NCBI GenBank assembly: GCA_022072415.1
Contig: JAJVHW010000041.1
Span: 1-57,600, forward strand
Direction: 5' to 3'
DNA from: Planctomycetota bacterium
GTDB lineage: Bacteria > Planctomycetota > JAJSAM01 > JAJVHW01
Length of the DNA: 57,600 nucleotides
Positions 26,185 through 41,738 of this stretch are shown piece after piece (positions within the stretch are counted from its first letter, which is position 1; each line of letters opens with the position of its first letter). Position numbers and translations under genes: made by a program. The notes below the pieces were generated by a model. The model was not told where the DNA came from, searched no databases, and saw only the letters and a list, made by a program, of their open reading frames with translations.

Positions 26185-27012
26185 TTACTTGGTCCGCCGG
26201 CGGATGATGAGCGCGTTGCTCGCGCGCTTCGGCTTCCGCGTCTTGCCGCCCTTGGCCGACTTGCCCCAGGGCGACACGGGCGGGCGTCCCGCGCCGGTGC
26301 GGCCCTCGCCGCCGCCGTGCGGGTGGCTGTAGGGGTTCATGGCGGAGCCGCGCACCTCGGGCCGGCGGCCCTTGTGGCGCATGCGTCCCGCCTTGCCCCA
26401 CCGGACGAGGTTCCAGTCCACGTTGCCGATCTGCCCGATCGTGGCGCGGCAGTCCTCGGGGACCATGCGCATCTCGCCCGACGGCAGGACGAGCTGCGCG
26501 TAGCCGTTGTCGCGGCCCGCGTACTGGATCTGCGCGCCGGCGGCGCGGCCGAGCTGGCCGCCGCGGCCGGGCCGCATCTCGACGTTGTGGACGAAGAGGC
26601 CGACGGGGATGTCCTTCAGCGCCTTGCAGTTGCCCGGGCGGGGCTCCGCCTGGGGACCGGACATGACGTCCTGGCCGGGCTGGAGGCCGCGGGGCGCGAG
26701 GATGTAGCGCTTCTCGCCGTCCTTGTAGTGGAGCAGGGCGACCAGGGCCGACCGGTTCGGGTCGTACTGGACGCTGTGCACCTTCGCCGGCACGCCGTCC
26801 TTGTCGCGCATCCAGTCGATGACGCGGTAGCGGCGCTTGTGTCCGCCGCCGCGGCGGCGGGACGTGATGTGGCCGTGGTGGTTGCGGCCGCCGGTCTTCG
26901 CGAACGGCTCGAGCAGCGAGCGCTCGGGCGTGTCGTGCGTGATCTCCGAGAAATCGGAGACGGACGAGTTGCGCCGCCCGGCCGACGTCGGCTTGTGGAC
27001 CCGGATACCCAT
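26185..27012 (-). CDS. rplB: 50S ribosomal protein L2
   Basis: [34 protein letters not shown]. Confidence 0.98.
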   Translation of the reverse strand: MGIRVHKPTSAGRRNSSVSDFSEITHDTPERSLLEPFAKTGGRNHHGHITSRRRGGGHKRRYRVIDWMRDKDGVPAKVHSVQYDPNRSALVALLHYKDGEKRYILAPRGLQPGQDVMSGPQAEPRPGNCKALKDIPVGLFVHNVEMRPGRGGQLGRAAGAQIQYAGRDNGYAQLVLPSGEMRMVPEDCRATIGQIGNVDWNLVRWGKAGRMRHKGRRPEVRGSAMNPYSHPHGGGEGRTGAGRPPVSPWGKSAKGGKTRKPKRASNALIIRRRTK

Positions 27013-27041
27013 CTGATCAGCTCCCGTTGGCTCCGTCGTTC

Positions 27042-27335
27042 CTAGAAGAGCTCGATCGCGTCGCCCGCGCGCAGGCGCACGTAGGCCTTCTTGCGCGAGG
27101 CGAGCTCGACCATGAGCTGCTTGCGCCCGCTGCGGCGCGCCTTGACCTTGCCCTTGCGGTTCGCGGTGTTGACCGAGAGGACCTTCACGTTGAAGAGCTT
27201 CTCGATGGCGTTCTTGATCTGCACCTTGTTGGCCGCCGGGTGGACGTCGAACACGTAGGTGTTCGACCGGTCCAGGGCCGACGTGGCGCGCTCGGTGATG
27301 AGCGGCTTCCTGACGACGTCGTAGATCCCGATCAT
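27042..27335 (-). CDS. rplW: 50S ribosomal protein L23
   Basis: [25 protein letters not shown]; start reset to 27335. Confidence 0.96.
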   Translation of the reverse strand: MIGIYDVVRKPLITERATSALDRSNTYVFDVHPAANKVQIKNAIEKLFNVKVLSVNTANRKGKVKARRSGRKQLMVELASRKKAYVRLRAGDAIELF

Positions 27336-27339
27336 CGCG

Positions 27340-28065
27340 TCACTCCTCCTCGCCCGCGCGGCGGGCCCCCGCCGCACGGCCCGACGCTCCGGTCGGCGTG
27401 CAGACGCGCTCCCGGAGGAGCTCGTACGACCGCGGCGTCAGGATCACGGTGCGGTGCGCGAGGATGTCGTACGCGTTCACCTCGCGCGCGGCCTTCACGG
27501 TGATCCCCTGGATGTTGCGGGCGGACTTCCACGCGTTCTCGCAGTGCTCCGGGAGCACGATCAGCGCGGTCCGCGTCGCGCCGGCGCCCGCGAGGAGCTT
27601 CTTCATCTCGCGGGTCTTCGGCGCCTTCATCTCGACGGCGTCCACTAACGCCACCTCGCCGGCGGCGATCTTCCCGGCCATCGCGGCGCGCGTCGCATAG
27701 CGGAGCGCGCGGCGCGGCAGCGCGTACGAGTAGTCGCGCGGGTGCGGCCCGAAGATGATCCCGCCGCCGCGCCAGAGGGGCGACGACGTGCGGCCGGCTC
27801 GGGCGCGCCCGGTGTGCTTCTGCTTCCACGGCTTCCGGATCGTCGCGTTCACCTCGGCGCGGGTGAGCGTGTCGTGGGTTCCGGCGCGCTGGTTCGCGCG
27901 GTACATGAGCACCGCCTCGCGCTGGGCGCGGCGCGGGGAGCGCGTGCCGAACGCCGAGGCGTCCACCTGCGTCTCCTCCACCTGGCCGGTGGCGGTGCGG
28001 TAGAGCCGCAGCGTCGCGGTCTTCGCGGTCTTCTCGGACTTGGCCGACTTCGGGGTCTTCGCCAT
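27340..28065 (-). CDS. rplD: 50S ribosomal protein L4
   Basis: KPWKQKHTGRARAG, WRGGGIIFGP, SARNI; start reset to 28065; Lys-rich N-terminal extension. Confidence 0.96.
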   Translation of the reverse strand: MAKTPKSAKSEKTAKTATLRLYRTATGQVEETQVDASAFGTRSPRRAQREAVLMYRANQRAGTHDTLTRAEVNATIRKPWKQKHTGRARAGRTSSPLWRGGGIIFGPHPRDYSYALPRRALRYATRAAMAGKIAAGEVALVDAVEMKAPKTREMKKLLAGAGATRTALIVLPEHCENAWKSARNIQGITVKAAREVNAYDILAHRTVILTPRSYELLRERVCTPTGASGRAAGARRAGEEE

Positions 28066-28076
28066 CTCGGGGCTCC

Positions 28077-28730
28077 TCAGGCCTTCGCCTTGCGGTCCGG
28101 CACGCGGCGGAGGACGACGACCGCGGAGTCGGCGCCCGGCACCGGGCCGTTCACGAGGATCAGGTTGCGCTCGGCATCGACGGACACCACGCGCAGGTTG
28201 CGCACGGTGCGGCGGACGTCGCCCATGTGGCCGGCCATCCGCTTGCCCGGCCAGCGGCGGGCGGGGAAGGTGTTCTGGCCCACGGACTTCGTCTCGCGGT
28301 AGTTCTTCGACCCGTGGGTGTACGGTCCGAGGTTGAAGTTGTGGCGCTTGTGCACGCCCTGGAAACCGTGGCCCTTGCTGGTGCCGATCACGTCCACCAT
28401 CTCGCCGGCCTTGAAGACGTCGGACACCTTCACGGAGTCGCCGGCCTTGATCGCGGCGGAACCGGCCACGCGCGTCTGCTTCACGTTCCGGGGCCACGCG
28501 CCCACGCCGGCCTTCGCGGCCTGCCCGGCCTGCGGCTTTGCGGTGCGGGAGGCCTTGCGGGTGCCGTTGCCGAGCACCGCGGCGTCCACGCCGTCCTTCT
28601 CCGCCGTGCGGCGGGCGAGGACGACGTTCGGCTCGACGGAGATGACGGTGACCCCGACCATCGCGCCTTGGGCGTCGAAGACCGACGTCATGCCGACCTT
28701 CCGGCCGATCAGTTCGTTGAGTTCGCTCAT
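28077..28730 (-). CDS. rplC: 50S ribosomal protein L3
   Basis: [29 protein letters not shown]. Confidence 0.97.
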   Translation of the reverse strand: MSELNELIGRKVGMTSVFDAQGAMVGVTVISVEPNVVLARRTAEKDGVDAAVLGNGTRKASRTAKPQAGQAAKAGVGAWPRNVKQTRVAGSAAIKAGDSVKVSDVFKAGEMVDVIGTSKGHGFQGVHKRHNFNLGPYTHGSKNYRETKSVGQNTFPARRWPGKRMAGHMGDVRRTVRNLRVVSVDAERNLILVNGPVPGADSAVVVLRRVPDRKAKA

Positions 28731-28815
28731 TCTGGGTTTCCTGCGTCGCGCGGGAGCGGGCTGCCTCTCTCGGTCCCCGCGCGGCGCCCGCGCCGCAGGG
28801 AACCCGTCCTGCGGC

Positions 28816-29133
28816 TCAGACCTTGATGCGGATGTCCACGCCCGCGGGCATGTTGAGCTTCGCGAGGGCGTCCATCGTCTTCGCGGTCGGCTCCGTGATG
28901 AAGATCAGGCGCTTGTGCGTCCGGATCTCGAACTGCTCGCGGCTCTTCTTGTCGATGTGCGGGGACCGGAGGACGGTGAACCGCTCGATCCGCGTCGGAA
29001 GCGGGACGGGGCCGGCGACGCGGGCGCCCGTCCGCTTGGCGGTCTCCACGATGTCGCGGGCGCTCTGGTCGATCGCCTCGTGATCGTAGGCTTCCATGCG
29101 GATGCTGATCTTCGGGTTGGCGGCGGTGGTCAT
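28816..29133 (-). CDS. rpsJ: 30S ribosomal protein S10
   Basis: [27 protein letters not shown]. Confidence 0.98.
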   Translation of the reverse strand: MTTAANPKISIRMEAYDHEAIDQSARDIVETAKRTGARVAGPVPLPTRIERFTVLRSPHIDKKSREQFEIRTHKRLIFITEPTAKTMDALAKLNMPAGVDIRIKV

Positions 29134-29418
29134 CGGCAGGTCGTCCTCGTCGGATCGCCCGGCTCCCGGCCCTCCCCCGGGCGGGGGCGGACCGGACGCC
29201 GGAGCATGGAACTCCGGTTCGCGCAGCGCGGCGGCGCGCCGGACGGGTCCGCGAGCGCGAGCTCACGGCCGTCCGCGGCGCGATGCCGTCCCGTCGTGTC
29301 GACAGGGCCCCGCGGAACGCGGCGGAGGGCCCGGAGGCCCGCCGCGCACGTCGCGCAGCGCCCTCCCGGTCGGGTGGTCCCGGCGAACCGGCACTTCCCG
29401 AGCGGGGGGAAGCCGCCG

Positions 29419-29446
29419 AACCTAGGGGCGAGCCCGGGAAACGCCA
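29419..29446 (-). promoter_or_regulatory. Candidate S10-operon promoter
   Basis: TGGCGT-16 nt-TAGGTT in the fusA-rpsJ gap. Confidence 0.35.
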
Positions 29447-29525
29447 CGAAGATTCCGGGGCGGCTCGTCCCGGACACCCTCGCGGAGGCTCGGGGACGAC
29501 GCGGGGCGCAGCTCCTCGAAGACTC

Positions 29526-31598
29526 CTAGAACGCGAAGTCCTTCGCGCGTTCGGGGGGCACGGGAGCGTAGGTGAGGGGTTCCATCGAGAACCCCGCTCG
29601 GCCCTGGGACTGGCTGCGGAGCGCGGTCGAGTAGCCGAACATCTCGGAGATCGGGACGCGGCCGCGGATGAGCCGGATGCCCTCGGCGTGGTCCACGTCG
29701 TCGATGGTCGCGCGGCGGCGGTTGAGGTCGCCCAGCACGTCGCCCATGTACGCGTCCGGCGTCTGGACCTCGAACTTCATGATCGGCTCGAGCACGACGC
29801 AGCCCGCGCTCTCGAACGCCCGCTGGAACGCGAGACTCGCGGCGGCCTCGAACGCCGCCTCCGTGCCCTGGCCCTCGCGGGTGGCTGCGTCGAGGAGGGC
29901 GATGCGGAGCTGCACCGAGGGGAACCCGTAGCCGACGCCGCCCTGACAGGAGGCGAGCGCGCCGCTCCGGACGTACTGCTGGAACTGCCGCGGATATGCG
30001 CCAGGGGCGGTGCGGTCCGCGAACTCCGCCTTCGACACGGACTCGTCCGGTTCGATCGCGATGCGGACGCGGGCGTACTGGGTCTTCTCCCCGACCACGC
30101 GCTCGAACTCGTACTCGCCGGTCCCCGGCCCCGCGATGGTCTGGCGATAGGCGACGCGGGGGCGTCCGGTCTGCACGCCGACGCCGAAGTCGCGCTCCAG
30201 CCGGTGGACGAGCACCTCGAGGTGGAGCTCCCCCATCCCGCTGATGATGGTCTGTCCGGTCTCCTCGTCGGTGCGCGCCGTGAACGTGGGGTCGTCGCGC
30301 TGGAGCTTCCTGAGCGCGTCCTCGAGCGCGTCCTTGTCGGCGGCCGACTTCGGCTCGACGGCGAGCGAGATGACCGGCTCCGCGAACCGCATCGACTCGA
30401 GGACCACGGCGCCGTTCTTCGACGTGAGCGTGTCCCCGGTGGACGTCCAGCGGAGCCCGATCGCCGCGGCGATCTCGCCCGGCCCCGCCTCGTCCACGGG
30501 GATGCGCCTGTCGGCGTGCATCTGCACCAGCCGCGCGATGCGCTCCACCTTGTCCCGCGTCGAGTTCCACACCTGGTCGCCGACCTTGAGCGTCCCGGAG
30601 TACACGCGGAGGTAGGTCAGGTCGCCATGACTGTCGGCGAACGTCTTGAACGCGAGGGCCGCGAGGGGCTGCGCCGGGTCCGGGGCGCGCTTCACGCGCT
30701 TCCCGGTGTGGACCTCGTCGCCTTCGACCGGCGGGAGGTCGGCCGGCGAGGGGAGATAGTCCACGATCGCGTCGATCAGCGGCTGGATGCCGCGGTTCCG
30801 GAGCGCCGTTCCGCAGAGCACCGGATGCATGGCGAGGCGGATCGTCGCGGCGCGCACGGCCGCGCGGAGATCCTCCGCGGACAGGTCCCCCGCGTCGAGG
30901 TAGCGCTGGAGGATCTCGTCTCCGCCGTGCTCGGCCGCGGCGTCGAGGAGCTCCGCGCGCCACGCGGAGACCTCGTCCGCGATCTCCCCGGGCACCGGCC
31001 CCGACTTCACCGTCTTGCCCTGCGTCGAGTCGTCGAACACGAGGTACGTGCGCGTGACGAGGTCCACCACGCCGTGCACGTCCTGCCCCGTCATGTGCGG
31101 CACGACCACGGGCACCGCCGGCGCGCGGAGCCGCGTGCGGATGCTCTCGAGCGCCCGGCGGAAGTCGGCGCCGATCTTGTCCAGCTTGTTGACGAAACAG
31201 AGGCGGGGCACGCGGTACCGCGCGGCCTGCCGCCACACGGTCTCCGACTGCGCCTCGACGCCGTTCACGCCGTCGAACACGACCACCGCTCCGTCGAGCA
31301 CGCGAAGGCTCCGCTCGACCTCCGCCGTGAAGTCCACGTGCCCGGGGGTGTCGATCAGGTTCAGCACGTGGCCGCGCCACGAGAGCGTCGTTGCCGCGGA
31401 CGTGATCGTGATCCCGCGCTCCCGCTCCTCCTCCATCCAGTCCATCGTGGCGACGCCCTCGTGGACCTCCCCCATCCGGTGCTCCTTCCCCGTGTAGAAG
31501 AGGAGCCGCTCGCTGACGGTGGTCTTCCCGGCGTCGATGTGGGCGATGATCCCGAAATTCCGGATCTTCGAGAGGTCGCGGCCTGGCTTCTTGCTCAC
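29526..31598 (-). CDS. fusA: Elongation factor G (divergent domain IV)
   Basis: AHIDAGKT, RGITI, DTPGH, NKLD, GMGELHLE; follows rpsL-rpsG. Confidence 0.95.
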   Translation of the reverse strand: MSKKPGRDLSKIRNFGIIAHIDAGKTTVSERLLFYTGKEHRMGEVHEGVATMDWMEEERERGITITSAATTLSWRGHVLNLIDTPGHVDFTAEVERSLRVLDGAVVVFDGVNGVEAQSETVWRQAARYRVPRLCFVNKLDKIGADFRRALESIRTRLRAPAVPVVVPHMTGQDVHGVVDLVTRTYLVFDDSTQGKTVKSGPVPGEIADEVSAWRAELLDAAAEHGGDEILQRYLDAGDLSAEDLRAAVRAATIRLAMHPVLCGTALRNRGIQPLIDAIVDYLPSPADLPPVEGDEVHTGKRVKRAPDPAQPLAALAFKTFADSHGDLTYLRVYSGTLKVGDQVWNSTRDKVERIARLVQMHADRRIPVDEAGPGEIAAAIGLRWTSTGDTLTSKNGAVVLESMRFAEPVISLAVEPKSAADKDALEDALRKLQRDDPTFTARTDEETGQTIISGMGELHLEVLVHRLERDFGVGVQTGRPRVAYRQTIAGPGTGEYEFERVVGEKTQYARVRIAIEPDESVSKAEFADRTAPGAYPRQFQQYVRSGALASCQGGVGYGFPSVQLRIALLDAATREGQGTEAAFEAAASLAFQRAFESAGCVVLEPIMKFEVQTPDAYMGDVLGDLNRRRATIDDVDHAEGIRLIRGRVPISEMFGYSTALRSQSQGRAGFSMEPLTYAPVPPERAKDFAF

Positions 31599-31716
31599 GG
31601 GAACCTCCGGGGGGCCGCGCGGGGGGCGTGGCTCTGCGGGAACGACCGCGGCGGCGGGGTTGGACCCCGCCGCCGCGCGCGCGCCGCGATGCAGGCGGGG
31701 TTCCGCCCGCCCGCCG

Positions 31717-32193
31717 TCACCAGGCGAAGTGGCTGAACGCCTTGTTGGCTTCGGCCATCTTGTGGACGTTCTCGCGCTGCGTCCACGCCGCGCCCTCGCG
31801 CTTGAACGCCGCCATGAGCTCCTCGGCGAGGCTCTGGTGGAACGGGCGGCCGCGGCGGGCCTTCCGCCCGAACTCGAGGATCCAGCGGAACGCGAGCGAC
31901 TGCTGGCGCTTCCGGCCGACCTCGACGGGAACCTGGTACGTGGCGCCGCCGACGCGCTTGCTGCGCACCTCGACCTGCGGCTTCACGTTCTCGATCGCCG
32001 TGCTGAACACGTTGACCGGATCTTCCTGGGGCATCTTCTCCTTGATGATGTCCAGCGCCTTGTAGATCTCCCGCTGCGCCACCGACTTCTGGCCGGAGTA
32101 CATGCAGCAGTTGATGAACTTGGAGAGGAGCACGTTCCCGTACCGGGGGTCGGGGAGGAGGAAGCGCTCGGTGGGCTTGTACTTGCGGGGCAT
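31717..32193 (-). CDS. rpsG: 30S ribosomal protein S7
   Basis: [22 protein letters not shown]. Confidence 0.98.
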   Translation of the reverse strand: MPRKYKPTERFLLPDPRYGNVLLSKFINCCMYSGQKSVAQREIYKALDIIKEKMPQEDPVNVFSTAIENVKPQVEVRSKRVGGATYQVPVEVGRKRQQSLAFRWILEFGRKARRGRPFHQSLAEELMAAFKREGAAWTQRENVHKMAEANKAFSHFAW

Positions 32194-32228
32194 CTGTCTG
32201 GGTCTCCGTCAGTCGGTTCCGGTCCGGA

Positions 32229-32600
32229 TCACTTCGGGCGCTTCGCGCCGTACTTCGAGCGGCCCCGGCGGCGTCCGTCGACGCCCGTGCAGTCCAGGAC
32301 TCCGCGCACGATGTGGTACCGCACGCCGGGCAGGTCCTTCACGCGTCCGCCGCGCACGAGCACGATCGAGTGCTCCTGCAGGTTGTGGCCCTCGCCCGGG
32401 ATGTAGGCGGTGATCTCCTTGCCGTTGGAGAGGCGCACGCGGGCGATCTTCCGGAGGGCCGAGTTCGGCTTCTTCGGGGTCATGGTCTTGACCTGCGTGC
32501 AGACGCCCCGCTTGAACGCGCAGTTCTCGAGCACGGGGCTCTTCGACTTGCGGACCTGGCGGTCGCGTCCCTTGCGGACGAGCTGGTTGATGGTGGGCAT
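32229..32600 (-). CDS. rpsL: 30S ribosomal protein S12
   Basis: [21 protein letters not shown]. Confidence 0.99.
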   Translation of the reverse strand: MPTINQLVRKGRDRQVRKSKSPVLENCAFKRGVCTQVKTMTPKKPNSALRKIARVRLSNGKEITAYIPGEGHNLQEHSIVLVRGGRVKDLPGVRYHIVRGVLDCTGVDGRRRGRSKYGAKRPK

Positions 32601-32639
32601 GCGGCGGTTTCCTCGTGTCTTCCGGGGCGGAAGCCCTCG

Positions 32640-32668
32640 ACGTTAGGCGGCGGGCGCTGCGGGCGCCA
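32640..32668 (-). promoter_or_regulatory. Candidate str-operon promoter
   Basis: TGGCGC-17 nt-TAACGT about 40 nt upstream of rpsL. Confidence 0.35.
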
Positions 32669-32713
32669 GTTCCCTCCGGGCGGGAGCGCGCCCGTGCGTC
32701 GGGGACCCCCCGT

Positions 32714-36850
<4,137 letters not shown>

Positions 36851-36887
36851 GGTTCGCGCTCCGTTCGCTTCGGCCGGGGGGCGGGGA

Positions 36888-39800
36888 CTAGAGGACGCGC
36901 TTCTCGAGCTCGATGTTGAGCGCGAGACCCTTGATCTCGTTGCAGAGCACCTCGAAGGAGACCGGGGTCCCGGCCTCGAGGATGTTCGTGCCCTTGACCA
37001 TCGACTCGTAGATCTTCGTCCGTCCGTCCACGTCGTCGGACTTGACCGTGAGCAGCTCCTGGAGCACGTGGGCGGCGCCGTACGCCTCGAGCGCCCAGAC
37101 CTCCATCTCGCCGAAGCGCTGGCCGCCGAAGCGGGCCTTGCCGCCGAGCGGCTGCTGCGTGATCAGCGAGTACGGCCCCGTGGCGCGCGCGTGCACCTTG
37201 TCGTCCACGAGGTGGTGGAGCTTCAGCATGTAGATGATGCCCACCGTGACCTCCTGGTCGGTGGGTTCGCCGGTGCGCCCGTCGTGCAGCCGCACCTTGC
37301 CGGTCCTCGGCAGGCCGGCCTCCGCGAGCAGCTCCTCGATCCGCTGCTCCGCGCAGCCGTCGAACGCGGGCGTGGAGACGCGGCGGCCCAGGCGCTTGCT
37401 CGCCCAGCCGAGGTGCGTCTCGAGGATCTGGCCGACGTTCATGCGGGAGGGGACGCCGAGCGGGTTCAGGATGATGTCCACCGGCGTGCCGTCCTCGAGG
37501 TACGGCATGTCCTCCTCCGCGAGGATGCGCGACACGACGCCCTTGTTCCCGTGGCGGCCGGCCATCTTGTCGCCGACCGACAGGTGGCGCTTGCTGGCGA
37601 TGTAGACGCGGACCATCTCCAGCACGCCCGTGGGGAGCTCGTCGCCGCGGGACAGGCGGTTGACGCGCTTGTTCTTCTCGTTCTCGAGCGTGTCGATGCG
37701 GTCGTAGATGTCCTTGATGACGCGGAGGGCGCGCTCCTTGCCCTCGGTCCCGCCGCCGTGGATCGCGGCGGACTTCATGCGGTCGCGGAGGTCGCGGACC
37801 TCGTTGACGTTCATCTCCTCGTCCACGGCGAACGCCTTGCCCGTGGCCGGGTCCTGGAGCTTCCCGCGGTACGCCTGCTGGACCTTCTCCACGCACTCGC
37901 GCATGAGGGCCTTCAGGTCGGTCGTGAAGCCGCGCTCGAGGCGCTTGATCTCCTGGAGGTTCCGCTGGCGCTCGTCCTCGGTGACGTTCACCTTGCGGGT
38001 GAACTTCTCCGCGTCGATCACGATGCCCTCCACGCCGGGGGGCACCTCGAGGGAGTCGTTCTTCACGTCCTCGCCGGCGCGGCCGAAGATCGCGTGGAGG
38101 AGCTTCTCCTCGGGGGACAGCTCGCTCTTGCTCTTCGGGGCGACCTTGCCCACGAGCACGTCGCCGGGCTTGACGCGCGTGCCGATGCGGATCACGCCCG
38201 TCTCGTCGAGGTTGCGGAGCGCCTTCTCCGAGACGTTCGGGATGTCGCGCGTGAACTCCTCGCGCCCGAGCTTCGTCTCGCGGATCTCGATCTCGAACTC
38301 CTCGATGTGGATCGAGGTGTACACGTCGCGCTTGAGGAGCGACTCCGAGACGATGATCGCGTCCTCGAAGTTGTACCCCTCCCAGCTCATGAACGCGACC
38401 AGCACGTTCTTGCCGAGGGCGAGTTCGCCCTTGTGGACGCCGCCGCCGTCGGCGATGACCTGGCCCTTCTTCACCTTCTGCCCCTCGGCGACGCACGGCT
38501 GCTGGTTGAGGCAGGTGCGCTCGTTGAGGCCGGTGAACTTGCGGAGGCGGTACTCCTTCTCGTCCACCATGATCCGCGTCGCGTCCACGTAGGTGACGGT
38601 CCCGGAGTGCTCCGCGACGACCACCATCCCGGAGTGCCGGGCCACGTGGGACTCCATCCCCGTCCCCACCACCGGCGGGTCGGTCCAGATGAGCGGGACG
38701 GCCTGGCGCTGCATGTTCGAGCCCATCAGCGCGCGGTTCGCGTCGTCGTGCTCGAGGAAGGGGATCAGCGCGGCGGAGACGCCGATGACCTGGCGCGGCG
38801 AGACGTCCATGTACTGGACCTCGTCGAGCTCGACGGACACGAAGTCCCCGAGCTTCCGGGCGAGCACCGTCGGGCCGTGCAGGCGGTTGCCCTCGGCAGG
38901 CGCGTCGGCCGGCGCGAGGACCGCGTCGTTCTCCTCGTCGGCGCGGAGGTAGCGGATCTCCTCCGTGATCTTGCCGTTCCGGACCACGCGGTACGGGGTC
39001 ACGAGGAACCCGTAGTCGTCGCAGCCGGCGTAGATCGCCAGCGAGCTGATGAGGCCGATGTTCGTGCCTTCGGGCGTCTCGATCGGGCAGATGCGCCCGT
39101 AGTGCGAGATGTGGACGTCGCGCACCTCGAAGCCCGCGCGCTTGCGGTTGAGGCCGCCCGGCCCGAGGGCCGAGAGGCGCCGCTCGTGCGTGAGCTGCGA
39201 CAGCGGGTTCGTCTGGTCCACGACCTGCGACAGCTCGCCGCGGCCGAAGAAGTACTCGATCGCCGAGCTGATCGTCTTGCTGTTGATGAGCGCGCGGGGA
39301 GTGAGTTTCTGCGGCTCCTCCATGTTCATGCGCTCCTGGACCGTGCGGCGGAGCTTCAGGAAGCCCTTCCGCAGCTCGTCGGCGGCGAGCTCCATGATGG
39401 AGCGCACGCGGCGGTTGCCCAGGTGGTCGATGTCGTCGATCTCGCCGTCGCCCTTGCGGAGGCGGAGCAGGTACTTGATGCAGTTGATGATGTCCTCGGG
39501 GAGGAGCGTCTGCTCCGTCTCCGGGATGTCGAGGCCGAACTTCCGGTTCAGGCGGAAGCGACCGACCTTGCCCAGGCGGTAGCGCGCCGGGTCGTAGAAC
39601 TTCTCGCGGAAGAGCTCGCGGGCCTTCTCGATGTTCGGCGGGTTGCCCGGGCGCAGCCGCCCGTAGATCTTGAGGAGCGCCTCCTCGTGCGTGTTCGTCG
39701 TGTCCTCGGCGACCGAGTTGAGGATGAGCGGATCGTCGATCTCCTCGATCACCGCGACGGACTCGACCGCGGACTGCGCGATCACGCCCGCGATCCCCTC

Positions 39801-40577
39801 GCTCACGACCTCGAGCGCCTCGCAGAGGATCTCGCCGGTCTCCGGGTTGACCACGTCGGTCACGACCCGCTTGCCGGTCACTTCCTCGCGGAACTTGCGG
39901 GACGTCCGGGACACGTTCTTCGTGCGGTAGAACGCGTTCAGGATGTCGGCGTCGGTCGAGAACTTCGCGTCGAGCGCGCGGAGGAGCGACGTGCAGGGGA
40001 ACTTGCCGCTCTGGTCGATGCGGACCTGGAGCGCGTCCTTCTTGTTGACGTTCAGCTCGATCCAGGAGCCGCGCTCCGGGATGATCCAGCACGAGTGCAT
40101 CTTGCGCTCGCCGCCCTGGATGTCCACCGAGAAGTCCACGCCCGGCGAGCGGTGGAGCTGCGTGACGATCACGCGCTCCGCGCCGTTGATGATGAACTCG
40201 CCGCCGCCGAGCATGAGGGGCACCTCGCCGAGGTAGACCTCCTCCTCGACCGGCTCCTCCTTCTCGAGGCGGACGCGCACCTTGAAGGGCGCGCCGTACG
40301 TGAGGCGCAGGCGCCGGCACTCCTCGGGCATGTAGCGCGGGCGTCCGAGCTCGTAGCCCACGTACTCGAGCGACATCTCCCCGTTGAACGACTTGATCGG
40401 GAAGACCTCGCGGAGGATCGACTCGAGGCCCAGGTTCTTCCGCTCGCCGTAGGGGAGCTCGGCCTGCAGGAAGTCCGCGTAGGAGCGGGTCTGGAGCTCG
40501 ACGAGGTTGGGAACCTCGACGATCTCCTTCACGCGTCCGACGCTCTCGGCTTCGGGGACGTTGGCGGTTGCCCTCAT
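36888..40577 (-). CDS. rpoB: RNA polymerase beta subunit
   Basis: [33 protein letters not shown]. Confidence 0.99.
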   Translation of the reverse strand: MRATANVPEAESVGRVKEIVEVPNLVELQTRSYADFLQAELPYGERKNLGLESILREVFPIKSFNGEMSLEYVGYELGRPRYMPEECRRLRLTYGAPFKVRVRLEKEEPVEEEVYLGEVPLMLGGGEFIINGAERVIVTQLHRSPGVDFSVDIQGGERKMHSCWIIPERGSWIELNVNKKDALQVRIDQSGKFPCTSLLRALDAKFSTDADILNAFYRTKNVSRTSRKFREEVTGKRVVTDVVNPETGEILCEALEVVSEGIAGVIAQSAVESVAVIEEIDDPLILNSVAEDTTNTHEEALLKIYGRLRPGNPPNIEKARELFREKFYDPARYRLGKVGRFRLNRKFGLDIPETEQTLLPEDIINCIKYLLRLRKGDGEIDDIDHLGNRRVRSIMELAADELRKGFLKLRRTVQERMNMEEPQKLTPRALINSKTISSAIEYFFGRGELSQVVDQTNPLSQLTHERRLSALGPGGLNRKRAGFEVRDVHISHYGRICPIETPEGTNIGLISSLAIYAGCDDYGFLVTPYRVVRNGKITEEIRYLRADEENDAVLAPADAPAEGNRLHGPTVLARKLGDFVSVELDEVQYMDVSPRQVIGVSAALIPFLEHDDANRALMGSNMQRQAVPLIWTDPPVVGTGMESHVARHSGMVVVAEHSGTVTYVDATRIMVDEKEYRLRKFTGLNERTCLNQQPCVAEGQKVKKGQVIADGGGVHKGELALGKNVLVAFMSWEGYNFEDAIIVSESLLKRDVYTSIHIEEFEIEIRETKLGREEFTRDIPNVSEKALRNLDETGVIRIGTRVKPGDVLVGKVAPKSKSELSPEEKLLHAIFGRAGEDVKNDSLEVPPGVEGIVIDAEKFTRKVNVTEDERQRNLQEIKRLERGFTTDLKALMRECVEKVQQAYRGKLQDPATGKAFAVDEEMNVNEVRDLRDRMKSAAIHGGGTEGKERALRVIKDIYDRIDTLENEKNKRVNRLSRGDELPTGVLEMVRVYIASKRHLSVGDKMAGRHGNKGVVSRILAEEDMPYLEDGTPVDIILNPLGVPSRMNVGQILETHLGWASKRLGRRVSTPAFDGCAEQRIEELLAEAGLPRTGKVRLHDGRTGEPTDQEVTVGIIYMLKLHHLVDDKVHARATGPYSLITQQPLGGKARFGGQRFGEMEVWALEAYGAAHVLQELLTVKSDDVDGRTKIYESMVKGTNILEAGTPVSFEVLCNEIKGLALNIELEKRVL

Positions 40578-40749
40578 CGGGATTCGGCTCCGTTCAGTCG
40601 TTCCCGCGAGCGGGGGCTACGCTGCCCGCTGCGGAGTGCGTGCGGCCCGGAAACGACGCCGGGCGGAACGCCCCGGGGCTTTCGCCCCGGAGCGTCCGCG
40701 CGTCGAACGGGTCGCTGGGATGTACGGCCAAGAGCGCTGCTTGGCGCGC

Positions 40750-41130
40750 CTAGGAGACGGCGACCTTGCCGCCGGCCGCCTCGATGGTGGCCTTGAGCTT
40801 GTCCGCCTCTTCCTTCGACGCGTCGGCCTTGAGCACCGACGGCGCCTTGTCCACGAGGTCCTTCGCTTCCTTCAGCCCGAGGCCGAGGAGCGCGCGCACC
40901 TCCTTGATCACGTTGAGCTTGTTGGCGCCCGAGTCCTTGAGTTCGACCTTGAAGGAGGTCTTCTCCTCGGCCGCGGCGGCCGGGGCTGCGGCGGCCGGGC
41001 CCGCGGCGACGGCCACGGGGGCCGCGGCCGAGACGCCGAACGTCGACTCGATCTGCTTCTTGAGGTCGGCGAGCTGCAGGGCGTTCATGCCCTTGAGGAT
41101 CTCGATCACCTGGGTCACGTTGTCCGACAT
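40750..41130 (-). CDS. rplL: 50S ribosomal protein L7/L12
   Basis: [25 protein letters not shown]. Confidence 0.98.
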   Translation of the reverse strand: MSDNVTQVIEILKGMNALQLADLKKQIESTFGVSAAAPVAVAAGPAAAAPAAAAEEKTSFKVELKDSGANKLNVIKEVRALLGLGLKEAKDLVDKAPSVLKADASKEEADKLKATIEAAGGKVAVS

Positions 41131-41200
41131 GTGTTCACTTCCTTCTCCGGCCCGTTCCGGGCCGTGTTCCGAAACCTGTTTCCTTCGAAATCACGGCGGA

Positions 41201-41734
41201 TCAGGCCGCCTTCTCCTGCTGTTCGCGCACGGCATCCACAGCCCGCGCGACGCCCACGAGCATCTCGTTCACCTGGGAGGCGATCGTCTGCATCGGGGCA
41301 GAGACGGCGGACGCGATCATCGCGAGCAGGTCGTTCTTCGACGGCAGCCCCGCGAGAGCCTCCACCTCGGGGGCCGACAGAACCTGCCCCTCCATGAAAC
41401 CGCCGAGGACCTGGACCCCGGCTTCCTTGTTCTTCTTCGTCCACTCGGTGACGACGCGCGACACGCCGAGGACCCCGTCGGGACCCCCGTACGCGACCGC
41501 GCTCATCCCCTTGACGGGCTTCGCCGCGTCCGCGATGCCGAGGTCGCCGAAGGCGTGCCTCGCGACGCGGTTGCGCAGCACCGTCATCCGCGCGCCCTGC
41601 TTGCGCAGGCTCGCCCGGAGGTCGTTGGCGTTGGCCACCGAGAGCTTCGCCACGGTGAGGACCACCATCGCGCGCTCGTCGCCGAGCCGCTTCTTCAGGT
41701 CCTCCCGCAGGTACGACTTGAGTTTCTTGCTCAT
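41201..41734 (-). CDS. rplJ: 50S ribosomal protein L10
   Basis: LRASLR, VLRNRVA, LAGLPSK; between rplA and rplL. Confidence 0.94.
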   Translation of the reverse strand: MSKKLKSYLREDLKKRLGDERAMVVLTVAKLSVANANDLRASLRKQGARMTVLRNRVARHAFGDLGIADAAKPVKGMSAVAYGGPDGVLGVSRVVTEWTKKNKEAGVQVLGGFMEGQVLSAPEVEALAGLPSKNDLLAMIASAVSAPMQTIASQVNEMLVGVARAVDAVREQQEKAA

Positions 41735-41738
41735 GGCC

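Noticed and set aside
29134-29525. Small CDS or tuf remnant between fusA and rpsJ
   Set aside because: ORFs lack codon bias and show no EF-Tu similarity by eye
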